Below, in pieces: positions 50,776-64,000 of a DNA stretch of 64,000 bases; within the stretch, counting starts at the first letter, position 1, and every line of letters begins with the position of its first letter. Origin of the DNA: Octopus sinensis (Eukaryota). The notes under the pieces are model-generated. The model was not told the origin of the DNA. It searched no databases and saw nothing but the letters and a program-made list of their open reading frames with translations. The stretch covers positions 48,918,001 through 48,982,000 of the forward strand of contig NC_043015.1 in assembly GCF_006345805.1 (NCBI RefSeq). Reading direction: 5' to 3'. The position numbers and the translations under genes were made by a program.

Positions 50776-52472
50776 AGCAGGCGGCTACACTCATGCAAAA
50801 TATTGTTGTATGAGACTGTAAAAAGCCGGTAATGACCGAAGACAATAGCTCAGGGGCGGGCGGGCAGGGTGGCTGACATTTCAAGCAATGAACCCTTATC
50901 TACTAAATGAAACGAGGACTGTTTTCATGCGTCATGTTAATTAACAGATAAAAATAGAAAGCCGAGTTACAAGTCGGGACGTGAGATTCTGATATTATGC
51001 GAATAATTTTAACTGGCATAAATGTCAAATATGCTCTTTCACAGGTGTTAATTATCAGAAATTCAACTGTTTTTCATTATTAAATTCTATATCTTTTACT
51101 ATTAGCTATACTAACACGCCCTTCATTAACAACACACGGGCACACACTTTCGAATGCCATTTTCCTTTTAATTATTTTTTTAAAGGTTTCGTCAGAGAAA
51201 AGGGACATTGTTCGTGATCTTTTTCGTGTTCTCCGTATAAGATAGAAAGCAAGGAAGGATTTATCGCCAAAGCGGAGATCCAGCTCGAATGCTTAAAGTC
51301 AAAACCTCGGAAATATTTATGTAAAATATTAAAAGTGAAGACGACTGAAAACTATTTTGATAAAAATCTCGTATAAACAGAAGGGGATACGGCCGAATCA
51401 CACAGCTTTTGGGAAAATTTCCAACAATAAAAAATAATTTGAAAATCATGTTAAATTAATTTGTAACTCTAGGATGTTACAACTAAAATATATAAAAGTA
51501 ATAACGATTATTGTGACATAAAAAAAAAAACTATTCTTTTTTTTTGTATAATTAAATACATCTTGGGTCAACAAAATGCTTGGTTTAAAATCAGAAACAC
51601 CCGTAAGAAAACACGTATACAAATGCTTGGGTCAACAAAATGCTTGGTTTAAGATCAGAAACACCCGTATACAAATGCTTGGAAACAAATTTTGACAATC
51701 TAAGTTATTTATAGTTCGAAAAATGCGCGTATTTGAAAAGTAAGGAAATGTAGCACAATTGAGTGAGAGTTCAACCTGACAATTGTCAGGCTAACATGAC
51801 ATGTGTTACACACGATACGGTACCTGGGTGTATACGAAGTACCTACCACTGAGATGCAAGTCATCTTTGAAACAACGTAATTATCTCAATCCTCATTCTG
51901 TTGAATGAGTGTCCTCTATAGAAGAACTTCAGCTTAACCAAAGCCATGAGGAATAAACTTTGATAGACGGAAAACACGTGGAAGTTCCGTATTTACTGTT
52001 AGGTAAGAGAGTAGGCTTAAGTCAGTCCTCGTTTTAACTACTATAACTGGCTGTAAGGACAACCTTCACCTACTTAGCCTAAGGAGGCCCTGATAAGGAG
52101 CCACGGGCGCCCGTTACTAATTAAATCATAAAACAATAATAATTATTATGGGTTTCTGATTTCAGTGTAAGGCCAGCAATTTTGAGAGGTGGATTTAAGT
52201 CGATTTCATCGATCGAATGATCGATACTTTATTTTATAGGGCCCAGAGGGATGAAAGATGAAGTTGATCTCGGCGTGACAGAATCGAAAGAAATACCGCA
52301 AAAAAAATTATTTCGACGCGATGATAATTCTTTCAAAATTTTTGCACAAGGCCGGCAGTTCTGAGGGGATGTGGAAGCCGTTTACATTGACCCCAGTGTT
52401 TAACTGGAACATGATTTTATCAACCCCGAAAGAATGAAAAACTAAGTAGACCCCGACCATATTTGAACTCAG

Positions 52473-52847
52473 GGCGATCTTTCGTTTCTAGTAGACCTTT
52501 CCGTCGATTTCCGTAAAAATTTTTTTTTTACACATATGGGCTTGCGGGAACTTTTGAAGTAATGAGAGCGAAAGAGACTAAGAGAAAGCGATTGTATGAC
52601 GAGGGAAGTTCTTTTGAAGTTACCGTGCATGTGAAGCATTGATGTACATGTGTGTGTGTGCGCGTGTGTGTGTGTGTTTGATGGGGTGTGCACGGTAACT
52701 TCAAAAGAACTTCCCTCGTCATACAATCGCTTTCTCTTAGTCTCTTTCGCTCTCATTACTTCAAATGTTCCCGCAAGCCCATATGTGAAAAAAAAAAAAA
52801 TTTTTACGGAAATCGACGGAAAGGTCTACTAGAGACGAAAGATCGCC
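52473..52847. mobile_element. Long-TIR MITE with 8-bp TSD (Merlin- or Mutator-like)
   Basis: About 157-bp TIRs starting GGCGATC; perfect TSD GAACTCAG (52465-72 / 52848-55); inserted in a SINE remnant. Confidence 0.85.
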
Positions 52848-53699
52848 GAACTCAGAATATAAAGAACCGGAACAAACGCCGTTAAACATTTTGTCCGATG
52901 CGCTAACGATTCAATAAAAAAAAAAAAAAGAATTATAATTGGCACAGGGCCAGCAATTTCGAGGGGTGAAAATCAATTACATCGATCCCAGTACTCAAAG
53001 CGTATTTATTTTATCACCGCCAAAAGAATGTAAGGCAAAGTCGATCTCGGTGGAATTTGAACTCAGGATGTAAAAGAACCAGAAGAAATGCCGCCAATCA
53101 TTTTGTCCGACGCGTTAACGATTCAATGATGACGACAATAATAATCTTAATAAGAGACAAGGTGGCGTGCTAGAGGCCGGAATGGTTCCCAAAGACATCG
53201 ACCACTGGACAGACCTATTTGACAAAGAGCCGGAGATATTCGATAGCATCATCGGACATAATATCGCACCTCGGAGCCGGTGTCCGTGTAACAGACTGTA
53301 CCATCGTAGAACGATTTCTCATTCATCACTCGTTTAAGAAACTGGAAGTATTAATTTACTCCGCAGATATTTTCCGGGAGTTAAACTTCGTTTAAGCAAA
53401 AAAATTCTGTATGGCTTAAAATTTTCTTTTTCTTTTATTACGAAATATCAACAAGCATTGCAGCACTTTAAAAAAAAATATATTTTCTTAATTAAAAAAT
53501 ATGCCAAGGTTCATAACAGAAAGGTAAACTTGAAATCTGACACTAGATTTTACGTTCTAAAATATATTTCACCTTGTTCAGTATTTTTGTTACATAACAG
53601 ATAAAAAAAAAATCTTTAAAAAAAAAAAAAGAAAAAGCTCGCCCAAAGGGAATAAAATAATATTAAAAATGATAAAGAAAACAAAAGTATTGTACTTAC

Positions 53700-53943
53700 A
53701 TGTTTTGAAAGAAATATTCGGGTCGTTGGTGCCATAAATTTTCAACATTGGCACATAAATGATTCCATATGAGTTCAGAATCCCAAATACTAAACCATTA
53801 ACCCAAAGTGATGCAATACATACGACCCAACCCCATCCCCCATCCGGGGGAACAAATCCAAGTTCCTCACGATGAGGTCTTGTAGAAGGTTCACCCCGCT
53901 TTTTCTGGTTATCACAGTCTTTTGGTTTTAAATCGCTGGTCAT
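53700..53943 (-). CDS. SLC16A10: MCT10/MCT8-group transporter, first coding exon (81 codons + 1 nt)
   Basis: ATG at 53943; MTSDLKPK...FVPPDGGWGWVVCIASLWVNGLVFGILNSYG carries the SLC16 TM1 signature DGGWGW; the donor T|GTAAGT at 53700/53699 gives phase 1, which fits the next exon. Confidence 0.93.
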
Positions 53944-54906
53944 AATTACTGTAATTATATAATATCGAAATAAAGGGTCTAGTACAGTAATTCACCGATT
54001 GTCAGATTCTTAGAAGCCACTAGAATCATTACAGAAAAATATGTATAAAATATAAGGGCTTTTTTTTTTCAGAGGGAGATTATTTTAAATATTACTATTA
54101 AAAGAGTTTTAAAAGGTGTCAAAAATTGTAGAATATTATATGTTTATCGTGGTTCGAATCAGCAGTGAGTTGAAGTCGTTGTTCTCTGATATTGCTACAC
54201 ATCTATGGTTGGTAATATCTCCAAGAAAGGTAGAGTCATTTTATCACCTTAAACGAAAGAAGAAAAGGATTATTAGAGAACTTGTATGGTTATATTGGAA
54301 CTTTTAAAAGATAATCTTTAAATAAAAAGTATTTTAAAAGAAACTGTCCGAGATAATAAAGTCTGGAAGTTCGATCGCACAGCGATGATTTGGCGATAAA
54401 AATATATGGTTGATCGGAAACTGGGATAGATTTCAAAGGAGAAATATTAAAGAATATTAAAGAAACAAAATTAAATTAAAACGTATTTAAAATATGTAAT
54501 GGATTAAACAAAAGAAATAACTAAACACAAATTATGAAGTAACTTATGAATGGAGAAAGAGCGAAATATATGAATAAAATTTCATTCATAAAACATTCTT
54601 TTCTCTCTCGCTTTTTGAGTTAAAATTTTTTTTACCACATATCGGCAGAAAATCCTGACCATATGTCCAGAAAGGTGGAACAATTTTCTCAGTCGCCGTA
54701 CATTTTTAAAAGAAGGTAATTAAACAAAGATATAAGTATTCTCCTTTATCAGCGAAGATACCAACTTTCATACCCGGCGGGCGAGAAGCAGTGACTTCTA
54801 TCTAAATCCTCTGAATAAATAAATCTTACGCAACAGCCCTCAGCAATTTCAAATTCGGTTTATGTTACCCCTAAGTTCTATAATATATTTCCTCTTCTCT
54901 CCTCAC

Positions 54907-55100
54907 CTGTTAAATAGAATCTTTCTGAAGCCGGCAATATGTTTCTCCTTTTAAATAGTCGTAAAGAGATCCGCTATATCTTCACTCCATCTGTCTATCA
55001 TCTCCCTGCAAAACAGAGCGAAGCCAACTCCGTCATCTGAAGCGCAACAACCACTTTACTCCTACTCCTCCTCCTACTCCTTCGTCCTCCTACCCCTCCG
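54907..55100 (-). promoter_or_regulatory. Candidate 5'UTR exon / proximal promoter of the transporter gene
   Basis: Donor-like CAG|GTGAG at 54907/54906 and an acceptor-like ...TTACAG| at 53949 just 5 nt before the ATG; non-repetitive and CpG-retaining. No transcript evidence; the upstream boundary is arbitrary. Confidence 0.35.
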
Positions 55101-55985
55101 CCTTCGTCTCAATCAATCATCCCCCACCACCACCACCACTCTCTTTCCTCTAACTTCCTCCACTCTTTGTTCTATCACCTTATCTATTTTTTTAGCCTTT
55201 TTCCACTCTCTCGTTCTCCCCCTCTCTCCTCTCTTTCTCGTTCTTTTCCTCTCCTTCACTATCTCGTTCTTGCCCTCTCTCTGTCTCTGTCTCTCTCTCT
55301 CTGATCCTCCTCTCTCTTTCTCTTTCATTCCCCCCCTTCTCTCTTCAAATAGCTATTTCTCTTCCCCCCTTCGCTCTATTTCTTTCTCTCTCTCTCTCTC
55401 TATCACTTTTGCTTTCTATCTTATTCTTTGTTTTTCCTACTTTCTTCCTTCCTTTTTGCTCTCACGTTTCCTCTCATTTCTGTCTTTCTATTTCGTCATT
55501 TTCCTCTTCCCTTCCTCTAATTTTCCCCCATTTCTCCTTATTTAAATATAAACCTTTTCTTTTCCTCTACATCCCTTCAATGTACACATAGACCTGCTAG
55601 AAATCGCAGCCAAATCTTCTCTTAATTATAAACCTGCCGTCTTAAAACAAAACATTGAATAGTTTTTTTTTTCTTATTTTTTTTCTTATGGTAGACCATA
55701 TCTGAAAAAGTCAAGATGGCCATGGCCGGAACACCTGTGACTATAGGGTCTGCTCGATCGACCCAGAAAAGCTAAGACAACATATTTGCAGCGACATATT
55801 TCCCTTCTTTGAAAATATCCTATATGATTGTGATTCTATTTCTTTTAACATTAAACGATTTGAACGAGCAGAAATGAGAAACCGCGAGCTTTATATGACT
55901 GGTTGTTAGAATTGCTGAAACGAAAAAAAAAAAATAATAATAATAAACAGCATGAAACCAGCTAACAGTGTAACAAGTAGTCGTT

Positions 55986-55998
55986 AATATTGATAATA

Positions 55999-56048
<50 letters not shown>

Positions 56049-56054
56049 TATATA

Positions 56055-56085
<31 letters not shown>

Positions 56086-56176
56086 GCGGTATTATCAATA
56101 TTTCTTTCTTAAAGAAATTAAGTCGTCATCTAACAATATATTGCTTATATATATATATATTATATATATAATATAT

Positions 56177-56210
<34 letters not shown>

Positions 56211-56255
56211 AGCAATATATTGTTAGATGGCGACTTAATTTCTTTAAGAAAGAAA
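55986..56255. repeat. Two adjacent (AT)n-centred palindromes
   Basis: Arms 55986-56002 / 56086-56102 and about 56101-56150 / 56205-56255, each around (TA)n. Confidence 0.85.
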
Positions 56256-56277
56256 CTCATCGGGGTTTTATTATTGT

Positions 56278-56333
<56 letters not shown>

Positions 56334-58313
56334 CAGTCAATTTGCTACAAAACAGTGTCACATCTGTCACTGTGTCTCACCTTTAGCTGTTAACTCGGGG
56401 ATAAATTTATGCAGATTTTGCTGACAGAAGAAAGAACTCCACCTTTATTCTTTACAACCTCGTTTCTCATCCAACCAAACAAACAAAACAATTCAACTTG
56501 TCGGTGTTCTCGACCAAGGTTAATCGAAGCTTAGCAAACATTTAAACAACATTGCCTAGTTACCTGTACCAACTCAACAGCTGTGAGATTATTTCGGCAG
56601 CGGGTTATACAATAACAACTGTTCCATACAAATCTAACAATGGATGATCGTGTAGAGTATAGGTCGTTCCCCTCATCCTATTATTTCAGGTTTTTACTCC
56701 TAATCATACAATCAATCGCCAACTTGTACCTGTAGTAGAACAGCCAACGACCTTTGGAAATTGCCTAAAATACACATCCTAAAAATCCGTACTGGAAATC
56801 TTACACGTCATTGCTCAGAACATACTGCAGAGCGAGCATCACTACCAACACACGTTTGACCGCATTGACCGAGCAGCAGACGATGTACTTTAAGGCGAGA
56901 GTCTGTTTATCCTCGAACTGCAACTACTATACTTTGGAAGCGTTTATCCAAGTAAACAGGTTTATACTTTGTGCAAAACAACCGTGACTTCTCTCTGCCT
57001 TTCAGAAATCTATGAAGATTCTGTCGCACAGCTTGACTGCATTATGGAACAGATGCCGACTCCAAGTAATATTATTTAAGGAAACCTGACGTTAGTTGAG
57101 CCCTCAGTAACACCTAATATTTCTACTAAAAATGTAATAGGAAGCGATCTCGTATTATTAGGGCGTGTTTATATGTACAAGGGACAGTGTTCGGATCGTA
57201 ATCGATCATCCAAATGATGAAAGTATTTCCAACAATGCTGGTTTAAACTATAAACTAAACTAGCTACATTTTAGGAACTCACAGCCCGCAGGGGACACAA
57301 AATAATTAAAAGGCATATAAGGTTTAATTTTGGTGTCACTTTTAGGTATGCTTTTTTTAAAAACAAAGATACTCCAAGCCAACAGTGTAGCTACAGTGTG
57401 TGCAACCAGGGGCAGCTCCTAAGTTTGCTGTGCTCCCCGGGGCCTCACAAGCCTAAACAGGCTTATACAACAGACCCGAAAGGGCTGACTTCATAAAAGC
57501 GTCCCTCAGGGCAGCCTGTTCTCTTGCCCGCTTCCCTTTAAGCTACACTGCAGCTCCAAGCTCGATACACCTTCGGACCCTGCCAGGTTCAAATCTGGCA
57601 TTCAGTTTAGAGATAGCTCCCACTCAACTGGGAGCGATTGAATCAAATAAAAACAACACTTCCAACAAGATTTAAACTAAGGCAGCGATTCTTAAAGTGG
57701 ATGGCACCAACCCCTGGGACGCGGGTAGTGGAAACATTTATATAGGTACGATGGTCAAGGGACTTGTAGGAGACGATAGGTATGCCCTAGTTTCCAAGCT
57801 ATTTTCAGTTTTTATTTTCTGTTTGAACCATCAGGTAATTATTAATTGTCGAAATGAAAGCAGCAAAATGCTGGCAAAATGCTTAGCACGCCAGACAAAC
57901 TGCTTCGCGACATTTCGTCCGTCTTTAGGTTGTGAGTTCTAATTTCGCCGAGGTCGACTTTACCTTTCATCCCTTTCGCGGGGGGGGGGATAAAATAAGT
58001 ACCTATTTCTTTATTACCCACAAGGGGCTAAACACAGAGGGGACAAACAAAGACAGAACATAGGTATTAAGTCGATTACATCGACCTCAGTGCGTAACTG
58101 GTACTTAATTTATCGACCCCGAAAGGATGAAAGGCAAAGTCGACCTCGGCGGAATTTGAACTCACAACGTAACGGCAGACGAAATACGGCTAACGTTTCT
58201 GCCAGCTCGCCGCCTTAAAATAAAATAAGTACCAATTGGTCGACGTAATTGACTTACCCATGCTAACGATTCTGCCAGCTCACCACTTAGGTCATATAAT
58301 TAATATTGATTTT

Positions 58314-58903
58314 AAGGCGGCGAGCTGGCAGAATCGTTAGCACGCCGGGAGAAATGCCCATCGGTATTTCGCCTGCCGTTACGTTCTGAGTTCAAATTCT
58401 GCCGAGGTCGACTTTGCCTTTCATCCTTACGGGGTCGATTAAATAAGTACCAGTTACGCACTGGGTCGATATAATCGATTTAATCCGTTTGTCTGTCCTT
58501 GTTTGTCCCCTCTGTGTTTAGCCCCTTGTGGGTAGTAAAGAAATAGGTATTTCGTCAGCCGCTACGTTCTGAGTTCAAATTCCGCCGAGGTCGACTTTGC
58601 CTTTCATCCTTACGGGGTCGATTAAATAAGTACCAGTTACGCACTGGGGTCGATATAATCGACTTAATCCGTTTGTCTGTCCTTGTTTGTCCCCTCTGTG
58701 TTTAGCCCCTTGTGGGTAGTAAAGAGATAGGTATTTCGTCTGCCGCTACGTTCTGAGTTCAAATTCCGCCGAGGTCGACTTTGCCTTTCATCCTTACGAG
58801 GTCGATTAAATAAGTACCAGTTACGCACTGAGGTCGATGTAATCGACTTAATCCCTTTGTTTGTCCCGTCTGTGTTTAGCCCTCTGTGTGCAGTAAAGAA
58901 ATA
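58314..58903 (+). mobile_element. SINE B with triplicated core-tail unit
   Basis: One head plus 3 near-identical units, CpG-rich. Confidence 0.85.
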
Positions 58904-59432
58904 TATATATATAAAATACTACAATTAGCCGTCATTTTTGATGGCACGGGGCCAGCTATTTTTTTAGTAGAGATTAACCTGTCGGCTGTGATTTTTTTGT
59001 TGTAAATTCAATTTTGCTGAATTGTAGCAAGAACAACTTTGACGAAAACAAAAATGTTAGTAAAAGAAAAGAGAGTGGTAGTTAAAAAAAAAAAGCAGGA
59101 GAAATGCTGCACAATGAAAGGAGGTCACTACTACAACACATTCTTGCAAAGGAAGTTTGCCGCTCCTAGGATTGCTGAAGAGAAACATTTAGGGACGTCC
59201 TCGCAAACAATCGTCCTTAAAGCGTCCATAATGGCGTTCCTAAAACAAGTGACGTCATTAACATCCCTTATAAACCTCGACCGTTACCTTCTTCAGTCTA
59301 GTGTGTTCTACTGCAGGGATCCTCAGAAACAGGGTCACCGTCGTTTGCGACCTGACCGATGGGAAAGAACAAGTTAAAAATTTTTATTTCTATTTCACTG
59401 ACTACCGCAAACTGCATAGTATCTTTGCATTA

Positions 59433-59496
<64 letters not shown>

Positions 59497-59921
59497 TATA
59501 TATATAGGCATAGGAGTGGCTGTGTGATAAATAGCTTGCTTACCAACCACATGGTTCCGGGTTCAGTTCCACTGCGTGGCACCTTGGGCAAGTATCTTCT
59601 ACTATAGTATCGGGCCGATCAAAGTCTTGTGAGTGGATTTGATAGACGGAAACTGAAAGAAGCCCGTCGTGTATATGTATATATATATGTGTGTGTGTAT
59701 ATGTTTGTGTGTCTGTGTTTGTCCCTCCAACATCGCTTGACAACCGATGCTGGTGTGTTTACGTCCCCGTAACTTAGCGGTTCGCCAAAAAGAGACCGAT
59801 AGAATAAGTACTAGGCTTACAAAGAATAAGTCCTGGGTCGATTTGCTCGACTAAAGGCAGTGCTCCAGCATGGCCACAGTCAAATGACTGAAACAAGTAA
59901 AAGAGTAAAAGAAAATATATA

Positions 59922-59957
<36 letters not shown>

Positions 59958-59982
59958 TGTATTATTATTATTATTATGATTA

Positions 59983-60016
<34 letters not shown>

Positions 60017-60994
60017 GAGAGAGCAGTGAGAATGCATGCCACCAGAGTGACACGGGTAAAATATACAAAGCCCAGTATACCCATCATGACTACCCGTCTG
60101 ATAAGGGTACGCCAGGTACATGCATCACAACCATATGTGCACGACATGGTGATCTCATATCAAAATTAGCAGCACATTACTTTGCAGGTGGGGGTCCCAG
60201 TTAGAATTTTCTTCAGGTCTAGTAGCCCATCCCGCTCAAAAGGTCCCTGAATAAGGGTTGTTTGAGGATGATGAACGAGACACCCATGTTTGCAGAGGTA
60301 AATTATCCAACTCCAAAGAATTCTTCTCAGCACATGGCTATGATACTACCCCACTACTGCCCTAACCACTAGGCCATTGCGCCTCCACATGTATATACTT
60401 ACCTATGTGTATTTCTCTTCGTCACACCACCGCTTGATGACCAGTATTTGTTTGCTTACGTCTCCGTAACTTAGCGATTCGGCAAAGAGAGACGGATAGA
60501 ATAAGTACCAGACTTTAGAAGAAAAAAATTGAGTACTAGAAGCAGTTTGTCCGACTAAACCCTTTCAAAGCGGAGCGGTGCCCCAGCATGACCGTAGTCC
60601 AGTGACTGAAACAAGTAAAAGATAAAAAGAATGGAATTATCAATTTCTTAAAAAAAAAAAAACCCAGAAAAAAGTTAACTTTAAAACAATAAAAAAAAAA
60701 TGTCATTAGAATCGAGAGGAATCGAATAGTTTGAGGATGGGAAGCTATCATATGGTAGACGTAGATTGTTGCAGATAAAAACTGGTTTTAAAATTGTTTG
60801 TAGACAATCTTATGTCGGAGAATAATAATCAGTTAGAAAGTTCTATCTGTCCGTCTGTCTATCTGTCTGTCCTTCCCTCTCTCTCTCTCTCTCTCTTCCC
60901 CCTCTCTCTCAGGAAGCCGTCAACACTGCAGTCTTTGAAATCTTTGACGGATAAAGAAATTGTTGTAAGGAAATAAATTTAGGATCTAAAAGCC

Positions 60995-62073
<1,079 letters not shown>

Positions 62074-62239
62074 TGAGAAGAAGTCATAACCGCTGTCAAT
62101 TGGGATCTTTTCATTTAGTTAACTAGGAAAATCTGGCCTTCAAAATGAAAAGATCCGTCAATTGTTTTAACTTTAGTATATCATGGGACATTTAACAAGC
62201 CGACTCGCAAACTTTCGTTATTTTGAAAGAGACAAAAGC

Positions 62240-62790
62240 AGCAACACTTTGAACACACTCTACCAGACAATACTTGTCACAGCTGACTAGCTTACTGAAT
62301 GCAGACGGTACGTGGAGACAGCTTCGAAGCTCCCTATGTAATAACGTTTTATGTTAAACTGGGCAAAAACGTTCGAGGAACTTGTGAAACGCTCCAGACT
62401 GCTTACAGATTAACTTGTACGAGCAGAACATGCGTTTTTCGCTGGCACAACAGGCTGAGCAAAGCAAGTCCACCAGGAGGCTCATGAAGATCCTCTTTTT
62501 CGACTGCGAGAGCATTATCTATATCTGTTAGGTTTCCTCTGACCAGACGGCCAGCAAAAAGTATTTTGTGGAGGTTTTGAGGGAGTTCAGGAGGTGAAGA
62601 GATTTCGTCGCAATATGTCAGTGCACCTAGACCAGGACAAAGCACCAGTTTGCAATTCCATCCTGGTAACTAATTACTTGACAGAGATGGACATCAAAAC
62701 TGTCCTCCATACTCCCTACAGTCCAGGCTTTGCTTCTTGTGACTTTTGGTTGTTCCTCAAGCTGAAAGGAAAGATGAATGAGGTTGTGAC
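62240..62790 (+). pseudogene. Degenerate mariner transposase remnant
   Basis: YVITFYVKLGKNVRGTCETLQTAY (N-terminal HTH) and HLDQDKAPVCNSILVTNYLTEMDIKTVLHTPYSPGFASCDFWLF (catalytic region) in broken frames. Confidence 0.8.
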
Positions 62791-64000
62791 AAGAGTCCTA
62801 CGTTTAGCATCTTGTGGACAGATATTAGCTACATGAAAGTTGCAGTGGGGGGGTGACGTTTGTGCAATTTGGATCTATCAGATTATTTGTATAAATTCTT
62901 GCTAAAAAGGTAGAAAAGTTGACAGGACAACTCTAGATCACCTTAACATTAGTTTTATAAAATTTACAGTTTGTGGGGGAAAGTATATTTAATAAGCAAA
63001 AGAAAGTTCAAGGAAAGTTTGACTACCATTTTAGCATAACGGTGGGTTATACCATGTGATTTTCTTTTTCTGTATTTTACTTTAAATCGTTAAATCGTTT
63101 CTAAGAAAAGTATATCTCCTCACCCACAATTTTTATTACTTTTAAATCTGCTTCTAAGATAAATAGTTGTTTCCCACTATTCCTTTTTCACAGTTCCATT
63201 ACTCAAACACATCGTCCTCAATATTTGAAAATCTCTCTCTCTTTCCCTTTCCTTTTCTTCTTTTACCTTCCTACTCAAGTTATTTATCCTCTTTTCCTCT
63301 TACTGTCCTCCTTTCCTTCCTTTTTCCCATAGTTGGACATTTAACGCTTCATTTATGTATTCTCACGTTCTATACATTTTTTCCATCTTTTATTTTTAAT
63401 ATTTGTTTAATTTAACTGTTATGCGTGGATTTTTATGTGTGCTCTTTAAGGTGATGTGCGTTTGTCTGTTAGCATCCATAGTTAAATATAATTTACATGC
63501 GGATTGGCCTGCGCGTACGATAGTGTGTGTTTGCATTCGCGGCTGTGTATGTTTACACGTTTGTACACGTGTTTATGCACGCCTAATAATATGCCTGTGC
63601 GCATCTTATGGATGCATAAACAAGCATTCAAGCAACTAAGTGTGAGTGTGTGTGTGTGTGTGAATGTGTGTGTGTGTGTGTGTGAGTGTGTGCGTGTATG
63701 TGTGTGTGTATGTGGATGTGTGTGTGTGAGTGCGTGTGCTTGTGTGCGTGCGTGTATGTGTGTGTATATGCGTGTGTGTATGCGTATGTGTGTCTCAGTG
63801 TGTGTATATGTGTATATGTGCGTATATGGTATGTGTGTGTGTGCTTGCGTGTATGTGTGTGTGTGTGTGTGTGTGTCCGTGTGCTATGTATGGGTTTCTA
63901 TGTCTGCTACACGTCTGCATATTCTTTTACTTGTTTCAATCAACTGACTGTGGCCATGCCGGAGCATCGCCTTTTAGTCAAAGAAATCGACCCCTAGTGC

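Noticed and set aside
53180-53340. 51-codon CpG-rich ORF in intron 1 (plus strand)
   Set aside because: Short, no homology recognised, no clear splice or promoter context.
56101-56275. CCGATGAG...GAAA on minus as a hammerhead
   Set aside because: U4 is altered and stem I does not pair.
57535-57590. Twister-ribozyme-like wording (CTACACTGC...CCAAGC)
   Set aside because: The P2 partner and pseudoknot pairings are absent.
59250-59257. Perfect CRE site TGACGTCA
   Set aside because: A single 8-mer in 64 kb is about the chance expectation; no supporting evidence.
59039-59377. 112-aa ORF upstream of the gene
   Set aside because: No recognisable domain, A-run biased, no splice support.

Overview
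Eukaryotic, AT-rich, microsatellite- and transposon-dense DNA. The repeat landscape looks like an octopus/coleoid cephalopod, which is an inference and not proven. There are no prokaryotic features (no CRISPR, operons or rRNA). One host gene spans most of the window on the minus strand: an SLC16A10/SLC16A2 (MCT10/MCT8)-group monocarboxylate/aromatic amino acid transporter. Five coding exons join in phase through GT-AG introns (53700-53943, 35154-35761, 10525-10891, 6757-6863, 1-91; about 472 codons, running off the left edge). The introns and the upstream region contain a 5'-truncated but still open RTE LINE with a PHD-like finger, many RTE 3' tails, CR1 3' ends, at least four tRNA-derived SINE families, mariner, Tc2/pogo-like, piggyBac-like, hAT-like and long-TIR MITEs, DINE-1/Helentron-like elements, two GC-rich minisatellites and many fold-back palindromes. 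The most notable signal is a set of minimal, Penelope-type hammerhead ribozyme motifs. One has the canonical C3:G8 core (5.24 kb). Two sit in TSD-flanked fold-back insertions and have apparently compensated non-canonical cores (U3:A8 at 10.2 kb, G3:C8 at 21.1 kb). Most ORFs in the supplied track are microsatellite or repeat artefacts.
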